From NCBI GenBank assembly GCA_964393795.1, contig CAYMWA010000002.1, positions 15,604 through 79,603 on the forward strand: a stretch of DNA of 64,000 bases, in the 5' to 3' direction. The stretch is from an uncultured Roseivirgaceae bacterium. GTDB lineage: Bacteria > Bacteroidota > Bacteroidia > Cytophagales > Cyclobacteriaceae. The notes below the pieces were generated by a model. That model was not told the origin of the DNA. It was given only the letters and a program-made list of their open reading frames with translations, and did not search any database. Below are positions 46,501 to 56,289 of this stretch, piece after piece; position 1 is the stretch's first letter; each line of letters starts with the position of its first letter. Both the position numbers and the translations under genes were made by a program.

Positions 46501-48505
46501 AGCCCTTTCCGGTGATCTCGAAATTGCCTGCGTAGACTGTTCCGTCGAACTTGATGTCGCGGTTCTGCAAAATGGTGATCACGCTGCTGTCGGGAACGAT
46601 GTGTACGTTGAGTGAATCGCTCACCTTGAATTCTTCGACACCCCTCACCCGCATGTTCCGTTCATCGAAATTGACGGTGGCATTGGGATGCGTATCGATC
46701 ACGCTGTGGATTTTCAGATTGTCATAGTCTTCTTCGCCCTTGTTTGCGAGGTAAATATCGATCGCCCGCTGCTTTACCTGAACGATGTCGGTGCGCGCGT
46801 CGTAGTTGACAAGGCCTTTCTCCTTCAGGAATATCATGGCGTTTTTGATTTCCATCGGATTCTTGCGTACAAACTGAGCAAGATCACCCGAGTAAAATTC
46901 GCGCACGCCGTTTTTCAATGCATAGTTGGCGACCAGGGCCACGGGGTGGAAAGTGAAGCCGACACCTTTCAAAACGCGGTAGTCGTTCGGGTCATAAAAA
47001 TCGACCGATTCGATAATCACGGGCACGGCATTGCGCGCACCGTCTATCTGCACGTTAAGACTGTCGGAGTACAAATCCCAGCGCAGCGCATCAGCAGAGA
47101 AGTCGACGTTGAAAAAACTTGAGCTGTAAGGAGCGTTGCGCATGGCCCCCTTGTCTTTCTGCAGGAGCAGCCGTTGTGTGCTGTCGGCCCCATAGGTGTA
47201 CTTGAGCCGCACCATCTGATGCACGATGGAGTCATTGCCCTGATGAATGCTGATTTTTGTTTTTTCCGATGAGATAACACCCGGAGAAAAATCGAACTGT
47301 CCTGACCGGGCTGTAAATTTTTTTTGCCCCCGATTGTACACTTCTATGACAGCCGGATCGCCGGCTACGCTCGCGCTTGAGATCTTGTTTCCGGTCAACG
47401 AAAAGCCGCCTTTGTAGCGGACGTTATCATCTGCGATGCCAGTGATCACGAGGTTGCTTTCGTATGATTTGAAGCGTGGGTATGAGGCGTACGTAGAATC
47501 TTTACGCGTCTCGGATTTGTATTCAAAAGTTCCCGGGATAAAGCCGGGTGTCTTGCCTACGTAGTTGAGCTTTACCAACGCCGATGTGAGTTGCGGTCTC
47601 CTGGTGTCGAAGTCGTAGGTGGTCATATTGCAAATAAGCGAATCGGGACTCAGACCCGCCTCGGTCCAGTCAAATGATCCGCCTTCTCCTGCGAAGACTG
47701 GTTCACTCAGCGAAAATGTGCCCTTCGTGTTACGCAAGAAAACAGAGTCGTAACGCGTGACAAAGTTGAGGGTTACCCTGTCAAATTGGATCACTGGTCC
47801 GCTGAGTTCTTTCGGCAACGGCGGTGTCATCCAACTGGGCATGAAGTCTTGCGCTAACGGAGCCGCGTCTTCTGTGTACGTGTTGTCTTGCCATGCATCT
47901 TCCGACCAGGGGTCAGAACCATTATCGGCAGGAGCCGGATCATCCCAGCCCGACGAAGGTGCGTTGTCTGCGGGTGGAGGATCGTCCCAGCTCAACGTTT
48001 CCTGCGGAACAACCTCCAGGAACTCGAATGAATAGGAATCATCGCGCGCGTACAACCGGAACGTATTGTCATATGACAAGGCATGGTGTTGGAAGAAGCG
48101 GCGGCTGGCTTCAAAAAAATATTGCGTCTGGGCAGCGGTGGAGTTTTCAATCACTTTGCCAGCGACAGCAAGGTAGCCGGAGAGCGTGTTGGCATCGGCA
48201 CGTTCGATGCTGACCGCATTCACAATCGCGCCGAAATAGTTGACGATGTGCGGTCTGAGTGCGAGCTTTCTCCGGCGCATCTGCTGCGTTTGTTTCTTGA
48301 TAAGCATTTGTTGATCAAGACCCAGCTGGCCCCAAATGGAGAAGAATCCTGATCCGACAACCGTTGCGTCAAGGCTTCGCGTATTTTCCAGTACCACGCG
48401 GATGCTATCGGGAAAACTGAGCGGCAATGCCGCACGATCGCCCTGAGCATAGCTCAACGCCGAAGCGGCAAGGATCACACATGGTAGAATAAAAGCTCGT
48501 TTCAC
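43544..48505 (-). CDS. Very large (~1650 aa) secreted hypothetical protein
   Basis: Uninterrupted ORF. Probable GTG start at 48505 gives the signal peptide MKRAFILPCVILAASALSYAQ. The body is beta-strand-rich and the tail is Pro/acidic. Confidence 0.85.
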   Translation of the reverse strand: MKRAFILPCVILAASALSYAQGDRAALPLSFPDSIRVVLENTRSLDATVVGSGFFSIWGQLGLDQQMLIKKQTQQMRRRKLALRPHIVNYFGAIVNAVSIERADANTLSGYLAVAGKVIENSTAAQTQYFFEASRRFFQHHALSYDNTFRLYARDDSYSFEFLEVVPQETLSWDDPPPADNAPSSGWDDPAPADNGSDPWSEDAWQDNTYTEDAAPLAQDFMPSWMTPPLPKELSGPVIQFDRVTLNFVTRYDSVFLRNTKGTFSLSEPVFAGEGGSFDWTEAGLSPDSLICNMTTYDFDTRRPQLTSALVKLNYVGKTPGFIPGTFEYKSETRKDSTYASYPRFKSYESNLVITGIADDNVRYKGGFSLTGNKISSASVAGDPAVIEVYNRGQKKFTARSGQFDFSPGVISSEKTKISIHQGNDSIVHQMVRLKYTYGADSTQRLLLQKDKGAMRNAPYSSSFFNVDFSADALRWDLYSDSLNVQIDGARNAVPVIIESVDFYDPNDYRVLKGVGFTFHPVALVANYALKNGVREFYSGDLAQFVRKNPMEIKNAMIFLKEKGLVNYDARTDIVQVKQRAIDIYLANKGEEDYDNLKIHSVIDTHPNATVNFDERNMRVRGVEEFKVSDSLNVHIVPDSSVITILQNRDIKFDGTVYAGNFEITGKGFTLKYDSFFISLTHIDSINFYVTEKNARGQLIRRKVNNAMVGADSAVAAAGGLGNASASSGTLYISRANNKSGKEDVPGYPRLDATTGGVIYFDREEILSGVYDRSMFFVVPPFKLDSLNNADPLSIKFDGTFISSGMFPSIKETLHTMPDKSLGFEHYIPPPGYQLYKGDGKMNGVLTMNTRGLRGQGQIDFLAASVRSRDFTFYPDSVVARGNRAYIQEKQFGSVLFPQASLPDFQMKWLPKQDRMQLKNLQAPFNFYDSTAQMRGVITISKKGVAGAGRLETRGTELVSREMNFLGKEFGARHARFKVKSDDPNKNLLAGDDIRLKFNLEENYADISPEIEGTAAIEFPYAQFKTSIPRARWDLTAQKITMSKAPDVPIENSYFYTTRKELDSLYFNAEKAEYDLKKQELKVSGIPYIIVADARITPENNEVLIHENARIGTLKNTTIVLDTLNGYHRLTEGVVDIISRKEFSGYATYQYVNFLSDTFAIKMTDFHLEPILPEEGARRSSRRRSEASMQTVAKGSVRESENLVLGAGMFYKGDMTMYATRPALQLDGYIKLDIKKIKDYNTWIEYSQTGDETEVILDFDNAVDEDGKKLNAGLHFSAADNSLYLTFASDKRSEYDDDFFTPSGKLFYDNESKEYKIEDTEKAAGNKLSGKVFTYSDETTQTKFEGNVNLYSGGKNFNITATAIGSANFNGQDVNLNSFIMMETDVPSAAFDVMARELVDVIKNEGAEEGLGDQTELLYKIANIVGERPVKEYEAQSRQGYVSLSTLPQLVKPLVFSNVKLKWSPEHKAFYSEGKLGISHSNRTDINGGFEGFMEFRRTSDGISIFNVFFKASAESWYYFGIEDNRLLVHSSNKEFNDIITKKTNAGKAKIGEVAFVPGSDEETVAFINRFRKQYLGIDVPYSLYEGPAPLETTPFMNTLPIQTIPGPGQDNPQTPPDTTPPSVEPQPDKREEAVEQVPPPVKKEEEVEDDGF

Positions 48506-48599
48506 CTCAATAAACCTTGAAATTCGCAAATTATCGGTAAATAAACTACGGTCTTTTTGAAACGGGAAAATGTGGTGGTTATGGTGACGTTTATGCAAA

Positions 48600-48812
48600 T
48601 TATTGCCTTGCCTTGTTGATCAGAAACAGAATGATGGAGAGGAGGATGCTGATCAGAATGCTGGTAGTAATCGGGAAGTAGAACTTGAAATTGCCCTTAT
48701 CGACAACAATGTCGCCGGGCAGTTTCCCCAGCCACGGCAGCCGTGGCAGAAAGTGAACGATCACGCCCGCGAGGATGAGCAGAATACCTGCGATTATCAA
48801 TATTTTTGCCAT
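48600..48812 (-). CDS. DUF2905-family small membrane protein
   Basis: GKLPGDI...FYFPITTSILISILLS motif. Start at MAKILII. Confidence 0.85.
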   Translation of the reverse strand: MAKILIIAGILLILAGVIVHFLPRLPWLGKLPGDIVVDKGNFKFYFPITTSILISILLSIILFLINKARQ

Positions 48813-48842
48813 CTTCAAAAATATAAAACAGCGTACACTCGG

Positions 48843-49553
48843 ATGCCTAACAGGGGAAATTTGTTTTTGATTCCGACGGTCATTGCTGCGGGCACGCAAG
48901 AGGATGTGATTCCGGCAGGGCTGCGGACAAAACTTGCGGACATTCATCATTTTCTTGCGGAAGATGTACGAACAGCGCGACGGTTCCTCTCAAGCCTGAA
49001 GGTCTACGAGCAGATCGAGGCGCTTTCGTTTTCCGTACTCGACAAGAGTACCCCTGAAGCGAGCATAGCCGATTTGTTTGCTCCCGTTTTCGACGGATAT
49101 CATCTCGGCGTTCTCTCCGAGTCAGGATGTCCCGGCATCGCCGACCCCGGCGCATTGGCAGTGAAGTATGCCCATCAGCACAACATTCGCGTGATCCCGC
49201 TCGTGGGACCGTCGTCCATCTTGCTCTCGTTGATGGCGTCAGGCCTGAATGGACAGCGGTTTGCCTTTCAGGGATACCTGCCCATTCGTGCGAAAGAACG
49301 AACCAAAGCTATTCGCGAGTTGGAGAAGGAATCGCGGCTGCAAAATCAAACGCAGATCTTTATTGAAACACCTTACCGGAACAATGCGCTCTTTGAGAGT
49401 CTGCTAGCTGCCCTCACACCTGAAACGCGCTTGTGTGTGGCCAGCGATGTTACCGGAGCGCGCGAATTCATCCTGACCAAGACCGTCAGACAGTGGCGGG
49501 CTCAACCGCAAGCGTTTCCCAAAGTGCCTTCTGTCTTTTTATTTCTGGCATGA
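48843..49553 (+). CDS. Tetrapyrrole-methylase-family SAM-dependent methyltransferase (RsmI-like)
   Basis: GNLFLIP, SESGCPGIADPG, LVGPSSI..LMASG.NGQ.F.F.GYLP and FIETPYRN motifs. True start is MPNRG, not 48603. Confidence 0.88.
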   Translation: MPNRGNLFLIPTVIAAGTQEDVIPAGLRTKLADIHHFLAEDVRTARRFLSSLKVYEQIEALSFSVLDKSTPEASIADLFAPVFDGYHLGVLSESGCPGIADPGALAVKYAHQHNIRVIPLVGPSSILLSLMASGLNGQRFAFQGYLPIRAKERTKAIRELEKESRLQNQTQIFIETPYRNNALFESLLAALTPETRLCVASDVTGAREFILTKTVRQWRAQPQAFPKVPSVFLFLA

Positions 49554-49588
49554 GCACCGCTTCCGTTTTTTCATTTGCGCATTTCGTC

Positions 49589-49596
49589 TAAATTTG
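49589..49596 (+). promoter_or_regulatory. -7 box of the metK promoter
   Basis: TAAATTTG 24 nt upstream of the ATG. Confidence 0.6.
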
Positions 49597-49620
49597 CCCG
49601 ACCTAATTTAATCGTTAATT

Positions 49621-50874
49621 ATGCCTTACTTATTTACTTCAGAATCTGTTTCTGAAGGCCATCCTGACAAGGTTGCTGACCAGATCTCGGACGCACTCAT
49701 TGACTATTTTTTGGCCTACGATGCCAACTCGAAGGTAGCTTGTGAAACCCTCGTCACAACAGGGCAGGTCGTGCTCGCCGGGGAAGTAAAATCTGAGGCT
49801 TATCTTGATGTGCAGGATATCGCCCGTGAAGTGATCCGAAAAATCGGATACACGAAGAGCGATTATATGTTTGAGGCGAACTCTTGTGGAATTCTCTCTG
49901 CAATCCATGAGCAGTCACCTGATATTAACCAGGGTGTTGAACGAAGGAAAAAGGAAGATCAGGGCGCCGGCGATCAGGGGATGATGTTCGGCTATGCCAC
50001 GAATGAAACGGACAGTTACATGCCCCTTCCCCTTGAGATTGCCCACCTCCTGCTGCGCGAACTGTCTGCTATCAGAAAGGAAGGCAGGACTTTGAAATAC
50101 CTCCGGCCCGATGCGAAATCCCAAGTCACCATAGAGTATGGCGACGACAATCGTCCTATGAGGATTGATACGATTGTGCTGTCCACCCAACACGATCCGT
50201 TCGCAAGCGATGCAAAGATGCTGAAGCAAATTCGCGAGGATATCATCCGTGTTGTCATTCCCCGCGTGAAGAAAAAACTGCCCAAGCGTGCACAAAAGCT
50301 TTTTACTTCGGACATCAAATACCATATCAACCCGACCGGCAAGTTCGTCATCGGCGGACCCCACGGTGACACAGGGTTGACCGGCCGCAAGATCATTGTG
50401 GATACCTATGGCGGAAAAGGTGCACATGGTGGGGGTGCCTTTTCGGGCAAGGATCCCTCTAAAGTTGATCGATCCGCCGCCTATGCCACGCGACATATTG
50501 CCAAGAACCTGGTAGCCGCGGGGGTCTGCGACGAGGCACTTGTACAGGTAGCGTATGCAATCGGAGTAGCAAAACCAGTAGGGCTGTTCGTCAGCACCAA
50601 CGGCACCGCGAAGGTCAACCTCACCGATGGCGAAATCGCCCGGAAGGTGGAAAAGATTTTTGACCTTCGCCCCTATTTTATCGAACAACGCTTTAACCTC
50701 CGTACGCCGATCTATTTTGAAACTGCCGCCTACGGGCACATGGGAAGGGAGCCACGGCGTGTAGAGAAAATATTCAACGCTGGCAAACCCAACCAAAAGA
50801 AGATCAAGGTAGAACTGTTCCCCTGGGAAAAACTCGACTATGTCGACCAGGTGAAAAAAGCATTCCGCCTGTAA
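49621..50874 (+). CDS. metK: S-adenosylmethionine synthetase
   Basis: [34 protein letters not shown] and [16 protein letters not shown] motifs. Confidence 0.98.
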   Translation: MPYLFTSESVSEGHPDKVADQISDALIDYFLAYDANSKVACETLVTTGQVVLAGEVKSEAYLDVQDIAREVIRKIGYTKSDYMFEANSCGILSAIHEQSPDINQGVERRKKEDQGAGDQGMMFGYATNETDSYMPLPLEIAHLLLRELSAIRKEGRTLKYLRPDAKSQVTIEYGDDNRPMRIDTIVLSTQHDPFASDAKMLKQIREDIIRVVIPRVKKKLPKRAQKLFTSDIKYHINPTGKFVIGGPHGDTGLTGRKIIVDTYGGKGAHGGGAFSGKDPSKVDRSAAYATRHIAKNLVAAGVCDEALVQVAYAIGVAKPVGLFVSTNGTAKVNLTDGEIARKVEKIFDLRPYFIEQRFNLRTPIYFETAAYGHMGREPRRVEKIFNAGKPNQKKIKVELFPWEKLDYVDQVKKAFRL

Positions 50875-50909
50875 AAACAAACCGGTCCGACCTGTGGAGG
50901 CCGGACCGG
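50873..50909 (-). terminator. Terminator hairpin between convergent metK and hpf
   Basis: CCGGTCCG-A-CCT-GTGG-AGG-C-CGGACCGG stem. The A-tract on the plus side gives a U-tract on the minus transcript. Confidence 0.7.
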
Positions 50910-50934
50910 CATCGGAGGATTAACCCAGTCCCAC

Positions 50935-51267
50935 TCAGCTTGTCATTTGCAGTTGCGTCAACCGTTTGCTGTCGCGGTTGCGCAGTTTTTCCTTGAACTT
51001 TTTCAGTTGCATGCGCAACGAATCAGCAGCCAGGTCAGCGGCGGCCTCGAACGTACGCGCTTTCTCAATAGCAAAAAGCTGTGTTCCGGGAAGGTTTATT
51101 TTTATTTCCACGGTCTTGTTTTCGATTCCTTCATTATTCAGGCGCAGGAAGACCTCTCCGTCGACCAACCGATCATAGAACGTTTCAAGCTTGTTGACTT
51201 TTTTCCGAATAAAGTCAACCAGCTTCCTGTCTGCAACAAAATGGATGGAATGAACTTGCAACTTCAT
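50935..51267 (-). CDS. hpf: Ribosome hibernation promoting factor / RaiA
   Basis: QVHSIHF.AD.KL..FI..KV.KL, NKTVEIKI..PG and TFEAA.D.A...L..QL.K patterns. Confidence 0.9.
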   Translation of the reverse strand: MKLQVHSIHFVADRKLVDFIRKKVNKLETFYDRLVDGEVFLRLNNEGIENKTVEIKINLPGTQLFAIEKARTFEAAADLAADSLRMQLKKFKEKLRNRDSKRLTQLQMTS

Positions 51268-51365
51268 AATGAAAAGATTTAGAGTTAAACAATAAACCGC
51301 TCCGGTTTTTTTCTGACTACCGGAAAGTCAGCGCAAGATTCGTGCTCGTCTGCCGCCGCAGGCAG

Positions 51366-52247
51366 TCAGGCTTTCGGGTGTGCCTGTTCGAAAATCTTCT
51401 TTAGCTTTTCCATGGAGTTGTGTGTGTAGACCTGTGTTGCGGCGAGGCTCGTGTGGCCAAGCAGGTCCTTGACGGCATTTAAATCGGCACCTTTGTTCAA
51501 CAAATGCGTTGCATACGTGTGCCTGAGAATGTGGGGGCTTTGCCGCTCTGAAGCGGTAAATGCACCCAGGTATTTCTTGACGATCTTATAGACCATCACC
51601 GGATAACAGGGTGCACCATTGTCGCGAACAAAAAGCCGGCCATGAAGCTGGGGCGCTATCTCGCGATTCCGCACAGCCAGATATTCCCTGATCAGAGGCT
51701 CGATACTCGACGGAAACGGGATGATCCTTTCTTTGTTGCGTTTGCCCAACACCCTGATGGTGTGGTGTTCAAAATCAATCGACTTCTCCTTCAGATTGAT
51801 CAGCTCTGAAAGCCGGATTCCGGTACCGTAAAACAGTTCCAGGATGAGTTGTTCGCGAAGTCCCGCCAGGGTTTTGTCAAAGGTGTGCTTGTCGAGCAAA
51901 TTTACCATTTCGGTTTCTTTTACGAACACGGGTAATCGCTTGCTCGTTTTGAGTACGGTAATCCTGGTCATCGGGGTTTGCCGGATTTTTTTTTCTGCGA
52001 GCAGGAAATGGAAGAATGTTCTCAGGGAAGCAATCTTGCGGTTCACAGAAACCGGCTGCCGTCCGGATTCGACGAGACTGACGATCCAATCACGGATCAT
52101 CGTGTGGTTTGCAGTTGCGATGTCGTCGACTGAAAAGGTAGTGTGAAGGAAGTCGCGGAATTGAATCAGATCGCCTTTGTAAGCCCCAACGGTGTGAGGG
52201 CTTAATCGCTTTTCAGATTCGAGGTGTTTCAGGAAGGATTCAATCAT
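51366..52247 (-). CDS. xerC: Housekeeping XerC-like tyrosine recombinase
   Basis: GIRLSEL, GKRNKER, PHILRHTYATHLL and LGH.SLAATQVY (R-K-H-R-H-Y set). Sits in the rpsU-xerC-hpf context. Confidence 0.85.
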   Translation of the reverse strand: MIESFLKHLESEKRLSPHTVGAYKGDLIQFRDFLHTTFSVDDIATANHTMIRDWIVSLVESGRQPVSVNRKIASLRTFFHFLLAEKKIRQTPMTRITVLKTSKRLPVFVKETEMVNLLDKHTFDKTLAGLREQLILELFYGTGIRLSELINLKEKSIDFEHHTIRVLGKRNKERIIPFPSSIEPLIREYLAVRNREIAPQLHGRLFVRDNGAPCYPVMVYKIVKKYLGAFTASERQSPHILRHTYATHLLNKGADLNAVKDLLGHTSLAATQVYTHNSMEKLKKIFEQAHPKA

Positions 52248-52282
52248 GCCTTGCCGCTTGCCGCCAAACTTTAGTACAATGT

Positions 52283-52324
52283 AAAAAAATAATCCCCCAA
52301 AGGGAATACCCTTCAGGGGATTAA
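52283..52324 (-). terminator. Terminator downstream of rpsU
   Basis: TAATCCCC..AGGG-AATA-CCCT..GGGGATTA stem. A7 on the plus strand gives a U-tract on the minus transcript. Confidence 0.8.
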
Positions 52325-52361
52325 AGTTATTTCTTAGGCAAGGAGCCTGCCGGATGGCAGA

Positions 52362-52556
52362 TTAGCTGTTTTCCTTCATGCGCTGACGCTCGCGATAGGC
52401 CGCGCGAATGACTTCATTCCTTCTCCTCACAGACGGCTTCTCAAAAGAAGTGCGCGCACGCAACTCCTTCAATACGCCGGTCTTTTCAAATTTCTTCTTG
52501 AAACGCTTTAGCGCCTTGTCGATGGATTCGTTCTCTTTGACGTTTACTATGATCAT
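52362..52556 (-). CDS. rpsU: 30S ribosomal protein S21
   Basis: [22 protein letters not shown]...FEKPSVRRR. Confidence 0.98.
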   Translation of the reverse strand: MIIVNVKENESIDKALKRFKKKFEKTGVLKELRARTSFEKPSVRRRNEVIRAAYRERQRMKENS

Positions 52557-52583
52557 ACGCTTTACTTTCTTAATTCAGGGCTG

Positions 52584-52614
52584 CAAATATAGCAAATCGC
52601 GCTGAAAGATGCAA
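52584..52614 (-). promoter_or_regulatory. rpsU promoter (-33/-7)
   Basis: Minus-strand TATATTTG (52591-52584) with TTG 20 nt upstream. Confidence 0.7.
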
Positions 52615-52617
52615 GTA

Positions 52618-53787
52618 TCACCTCAGTATTGCCCTGGATATGACCAGTTTCTGAATTTCGGAGGTCCCTTCACCGATGGTGCACAGCTTAGCGTCACGGT
52701 AATACTTTTCCGCGGGGTAGTCCTTGGTGTAGCCGTAGCCGCCGAAGATCTGTACGCATTCGTTGGCGACCTCGACGGCCACCTCGGAGGCGTATAGCTT
52801 CGCCATGGCCGATTCCTTGTTGACGTCCATGCCCTTGTTCTTGAGGTCGCCGGCGCGATACGTCAGCAGTTTTGCCGCTTCGATTTTTGTCGCCATGTCG
52901 GCGAGTTTGAACGCGATTCCCTGGAAAGACGAGATAGGCTTGTTGAACTGGTGTCGCTCTTTCGAGTATTGAAGCGCCGCTTCGAACGCCCCGGTCGCGA
53001 TACCCAGCGCCAGCGAGGCGATGCTGATCCTTCCGCCTTCCAGCACTTTCATGGCCTGGATGAACCCTTCTCCTTCAGCGCCGAGCATTTGCGACCGCGA
53101 CACCCGGCAGTCGGAAAAGATCAATTCGGTCGTTTCCGAGGCGCGCATCCCCAACTTGTTTTCTTTCCTGCCCGCGCTGAACCCCGGCGTCCCCTTTTCC
53201 ACAATAAAGGCGGAGATTCCGTGTGAGTCGCCCGTCTCGCCGGTGCGCACCATCACAACGGATACCTGACCTGATCGCCCATGGGTAATGAAATTCTTGG
53301 CGCCGTTGATGATGTAGTTGTCCCCGTCGCGGACCGCTACCGTGCGCATGTTTCCCGAATCGGATCCGGTGTTCGGTTCGGTCAACCCCCAGGCACCAAT
53401 CCATTCGCCACTGGCCAGCTTTGGCAGGTACCTGCGCTTCTGCTCTTCGTTCCCGAAGGTGAGGATGTGGTTTGTGCATAAAGAGTTATGCGCCGCCATT
53501 GACAGCCCAATCGACCCGTCAATTTTCGAAAGCTCTACGATGGCAGTGATGTATTCAAGATAGCCGAAGCCCGCCCCTCCATATTCTTCCGGTACAAGCA
53601 CACCCATTAATCCGAGGTCACCCATCTGGTGGAAGAGGTCAACGGGGAACTCCTGGCGTTCATCCCACTCCATCATGCTGGGTCTGATCTTCCTTCCGCC
53701 AAATTCTCTTACCATTTCGGCAATCATTTTCTGGCTCTCCGTCTCTTCAAAATTTACCTCCGGTAAATTTTCCGTCATTTCGCTCAT
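52618..53787 (-). CDS. Acyl-CoA dehydrogenase
   Basis: [40 protein letters not shown] and IGEGTSEIQ motifs. Confidence 0.95.
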   Translation of the reverse strand: MSEMTENLPEVNFEETESQKMIAEMVREFGGRKIRPSMMEWDERQEFPVDLFHQMGDLGLMGVLVPEEYGGAGFGYLEYITAIVELSKIDGSIGLSMAAHNSLCTNHILTFGNEEQKRRYLPKLASGEWIGAWGLTEPNTGSDSGNMRTVAVRDGDNYIINGAKNFITHGRSGQVSVVMVRTGETGDSHGISAFIVEKGTPGFSAGRKENKLGMRASETTELIFSDCRVSRSQMLGAEGEGFIQAMKVLEGGRISIASLALGIATGAFEAALQYSKERHQFNKPISSFQGIAFKLADMATKIEAAKLLTYRAGDLKNKGMDVNKESAMAKLYASEVAVEVANECVQIFGGYGYTKDYPAEKYYRDAKLCTIGEGTSEIQKLVISRAILR

Positions 53788-53957
53788 ATATTTCGCTTTA
53801 TTTGCGGAATAAATCTAATCAATAAGACTGTGCCCGCTTTTGAATCGCGCGGAAATAACCGTACTGCTGGAATAGTTTTTTACCTGTGGAAATATAGAAA
53901 CAGCTGACAAATTCGCATTATTGTGCTAGAATCACCAGATGACACTAAACTAAAAAC

Positions 53958-55271
53958 ATGAAAATTGCTGTCGTTGGTACTGGTTACGTTGGTCTTGTAA
54001 CCGGTACTTGCTTTGCGGAAACGGGGAACACCGTCACGTGCATCGATATTGACCAGGAAAAAGTAAACAAACTCAAGAGTAGCAAGATCACCATTTATGA
54101 ACCAGGGCTTGAGCAGTTGTTTGAACGCAACATCAAACAAAACAGGCTCATGTTTACCACCAGCCTCGAAGAGGGGATGAAAGACGCCGCCGTCATTTTC
54201 CTCGCCTTGCCCACACCACCTGGTGAAGACGGATCCGCCGACCTGAAGTACATTCTGGCAGTAGCGGATGAACTGGGACCCCTGTTGACCGATTATACGG
54301 TGATCGTAGACAAGAGCACCGTTCCGGTAGGAACAGCTGACAAAGTAAGGGAGCGCATTGCCGCGCGCAGCAAAGTGCCCTTTGATGTGGTGTCGAACCC
54401 TGAGTTCTTGCGCGAAGGTGTCGCTGTCGATGATTTTATGAAGCCCGAACGTGTCGTCATTGGCACGAGCTCGGAGCGCGCCAGAAAGCTGATGGAAACA
54501 CTGTACTCGCCGTATGTTCGCCAGGGCAACCCTCTCGTGTTCATGGATGAACGTTCGGCGGAATTGACGAAGTATGCGGCGAATTCTTTTCTCGCCACGA
54601 AGATCAGCTTTATGAATGAGGTGGCCAACCTGTGCGAATTGCTTGGCGCAAACGTAGATGCTGTGCGCAAGGGTATCGGTACCGACAGCCGCATCGGCAA
54701 GCGCTTCCTGTTCCCCGGTATCGGCTACGGCGGAAGCTGTTTTCCGAAAGATGTTCAGGCACTGGCGAAATCCGCGGAGGATTCGAAATACGATTTCAAA
54801 ATTCTACGGGCGGTTATGGATGTTAACCAGTACCAGAAAACGAAGCTCATGCCACGGATGAAAGAATATTTCGGCAGTGACTTGAAAGGCAAGAAGGTCG
54901 CCGTCTGGGGACTGGCATTCAAGCCCCACACGGATGACATCCGCGAGGCGCCTGCGCTTTATAATATTGAAGCGCTTCTGAATGCAGGAGCGATTGTTCG
55001 CGCGCACGATCCGGAGGCGATGGAAAACGTCAGGAAGATTTTCGGCGACCGGATTGAGTACTACGCCAGTCCCTATGATGCGGCAGATGGTGCCGATGCG
55101 GTGTTTATTGCGACGGAATGGCCGGAGTTCAGGACGCCGGATTTTGAAAGGCTTTCAAAGGCGGTCAAAAATAAAGTCATTTTCGATGGCCGCAATGTGT
55201 ATGAACCGGATATCATGAAGGAACACGGCTACACATATTACAGCATTGGCAGGGAGGTGGTTCATGGCTAA
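53958..55271 (+). CDS. ugd: UDP-glucose 6-dehydrogenase
   Basis: [33 protein letters not shown] and FKPHTDD.RE motifs. Confidence 0.95.
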   Translation: MKIAVVGTGYVGLVTGTCFAETGNTVTCIDIDQEKVNKLKSSKITIYEPGLEQLFERNIKQNRLMFTTSLEEGMKDAAVIFLALPTPPGEDGSADLKYILAVADELGPLLTDYTVIVDKSTVPVGTADKVRERIAARSKVPFDVVSNPEFLREGVAVDDFMKPERVVIGTSSERARKLMETLYSPYVRQGNPLVFMDERSAELTKYAANSFLATKISFMNEVANLCELLGANVDAVRKGIGTDSRIGKRFLFPGIGYGGSCFPKDVQALAKSAEDSKYDFKILRAVMDVNQYQKTKLMPRMKEYFGSDLKGKKVAVWGLAFKPHTDDIREAPALYNIEALLNAGAIVRAHDPEAMENVRKIFGDRIEYYASPYDAADGADAVFIATEWPEFRTPDFERLSKAVKNKVIFDGRNVYEPDIMKEHGYTYYSIGREVVHG

Positions 55272-56253
55272 AGAAAAAGTGCTCATCACCGGCGGCGCCG
55301 GTTTCCTTGGATCGCATCTTTGCGACCGGTTTCTCAAGGAGGGCTTTCATGTCATCGCCATGGATAACCTCATTACCGGCGACTTGAGAAATATCGAGCA
55401 CCTTTTCAAGCACGGTGACTTCGAGTTCTATCATCACGATGTCTCCTCTTTCGTGCACGTGCCGGGGGAGCTCCGCTACATCCTGCACTTTGCCTCGCCG
55501 GCAAGTCCGATCGATTATCTGAAGATACCGATTCAGACGCTCAAGGTTGGATCGCTTGGAACGCATCACCTCCTCGGACTGGCCCGGGCCAAGAAGGCGC
55601 GCATATTGGTAGCGTCAACTTCTGAAGTGTATGGAGACCCGCTGGTACATCCGCAGACAGAAGAGTACTATGGCAACGTCAACCCGATCGGCCCACGCGG
55701 TGTATACGATGAAGCAAAACGATTCCAGGAAGCCATGACGATGGCGTACCACACTTATCACAACGTTGATACGCGTATCGTCAGGATTTTCAATACGTAC
55801 GGTCCGCGTATGCGGCTTAACGACGGGCGCGTGTTACCAGCCTTCATCGGGCAGGCACTGCGCGGCGAAGACCTTACCGTGTTCGGCGACGGATCGCAAA
55901 CGCGCTCATTCTGCTATGTCGACGATGAAGTGGAAGGCATCTTTCGCCTGCTCATGTCTGACTATCACCTTCCAGTCAACATCGGGAATCCCGACGAGAT
56001 CACGATTCGCGAATTTGCTGAAGAGATTGTCAAGCTGACGGGCACCTCGCAGAAGATCACCTATCAACCGCTCCCGAAAGACGATCCGAAACAGCGAAAG
56101 CCAGACATTACGAAAGCCCGTCAACTGCTCGGATGGGAACCGAAAATCGCCCGTGCCGAGGGACTGGCTGCCACATACGCGTATTTCAAATCTCTGCCGC
56201 GTGAGGTGCTGTACCAACGCGAGCACAAGAACTTTGACAAGTATATCCGTTGA
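55264..56253 (+). CDS. UDP-glucuronate decarboxylase-like SDR
   Basis: [33 protein letters not shown] and [10 protein letters not shown] motifs. Start at MAKEK overlaps the ugd end. Confidence 0.92.
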   Translation: MAKEKVLITGGAGFLGSHLCDRFLKEGFHVIAMDNLITGDLRNIEHLFKHGDFEFYHHDVSSFVHVPGELRYILHFASPASPIDYLKIPIQTLKVGSLGTHHLLGLARAKKARILVASTSEVYGDPLVHPQTEEYYGNVNPIGPRGVYDEAKRFQEAMTMAYHTYHNVDTRIVRIFNTYGPRMRLNDGRVLPAFIGQALRGEDLTVFGDGSQTRSFCYVDDEVEGIFRLLMSDYHLPVNIGNPDEITIREFAEEIVKLTGTSQKITYQPLPKDDPKQRKPDITKARQLLGWEPKIARAEGLAATYAYFKSLPREVLYQREHKNFDKYIR

Positions 56254-56289
56254 GTGATTTTGTTCAGCAGGATTATTAAAGCATAAGAA

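Noticed and set aside
48603-48842. N-terminal extension of the RsmI-like ORF, and the upstream extensions of the DUF2905, giant-protein and M28 ORFs
   Set aside because: They overlap real genes or promoters. Family motifs or signal peptides begin at the downstream starts given.
49554-49620. SAM riboswitch before metK
   Set aside because: The -7 box is only 24 nt from the ATG, leaving no room, and no recognisable aptamer is present.
50875-51365. tRNA cluster or tuf often found after hpf in Bacteroidota
   Set aside because: No cloverleaf or TTCGAATC/CCA-type motifs were seen. hpf converges directly on metK.
51366-52247. Tyrosine recombinase as the integrase of a mobile element
   Set aside because: It sits in the housekeeping rpsU-xerC-hpf block, with no att-like repeats or cargo genes.
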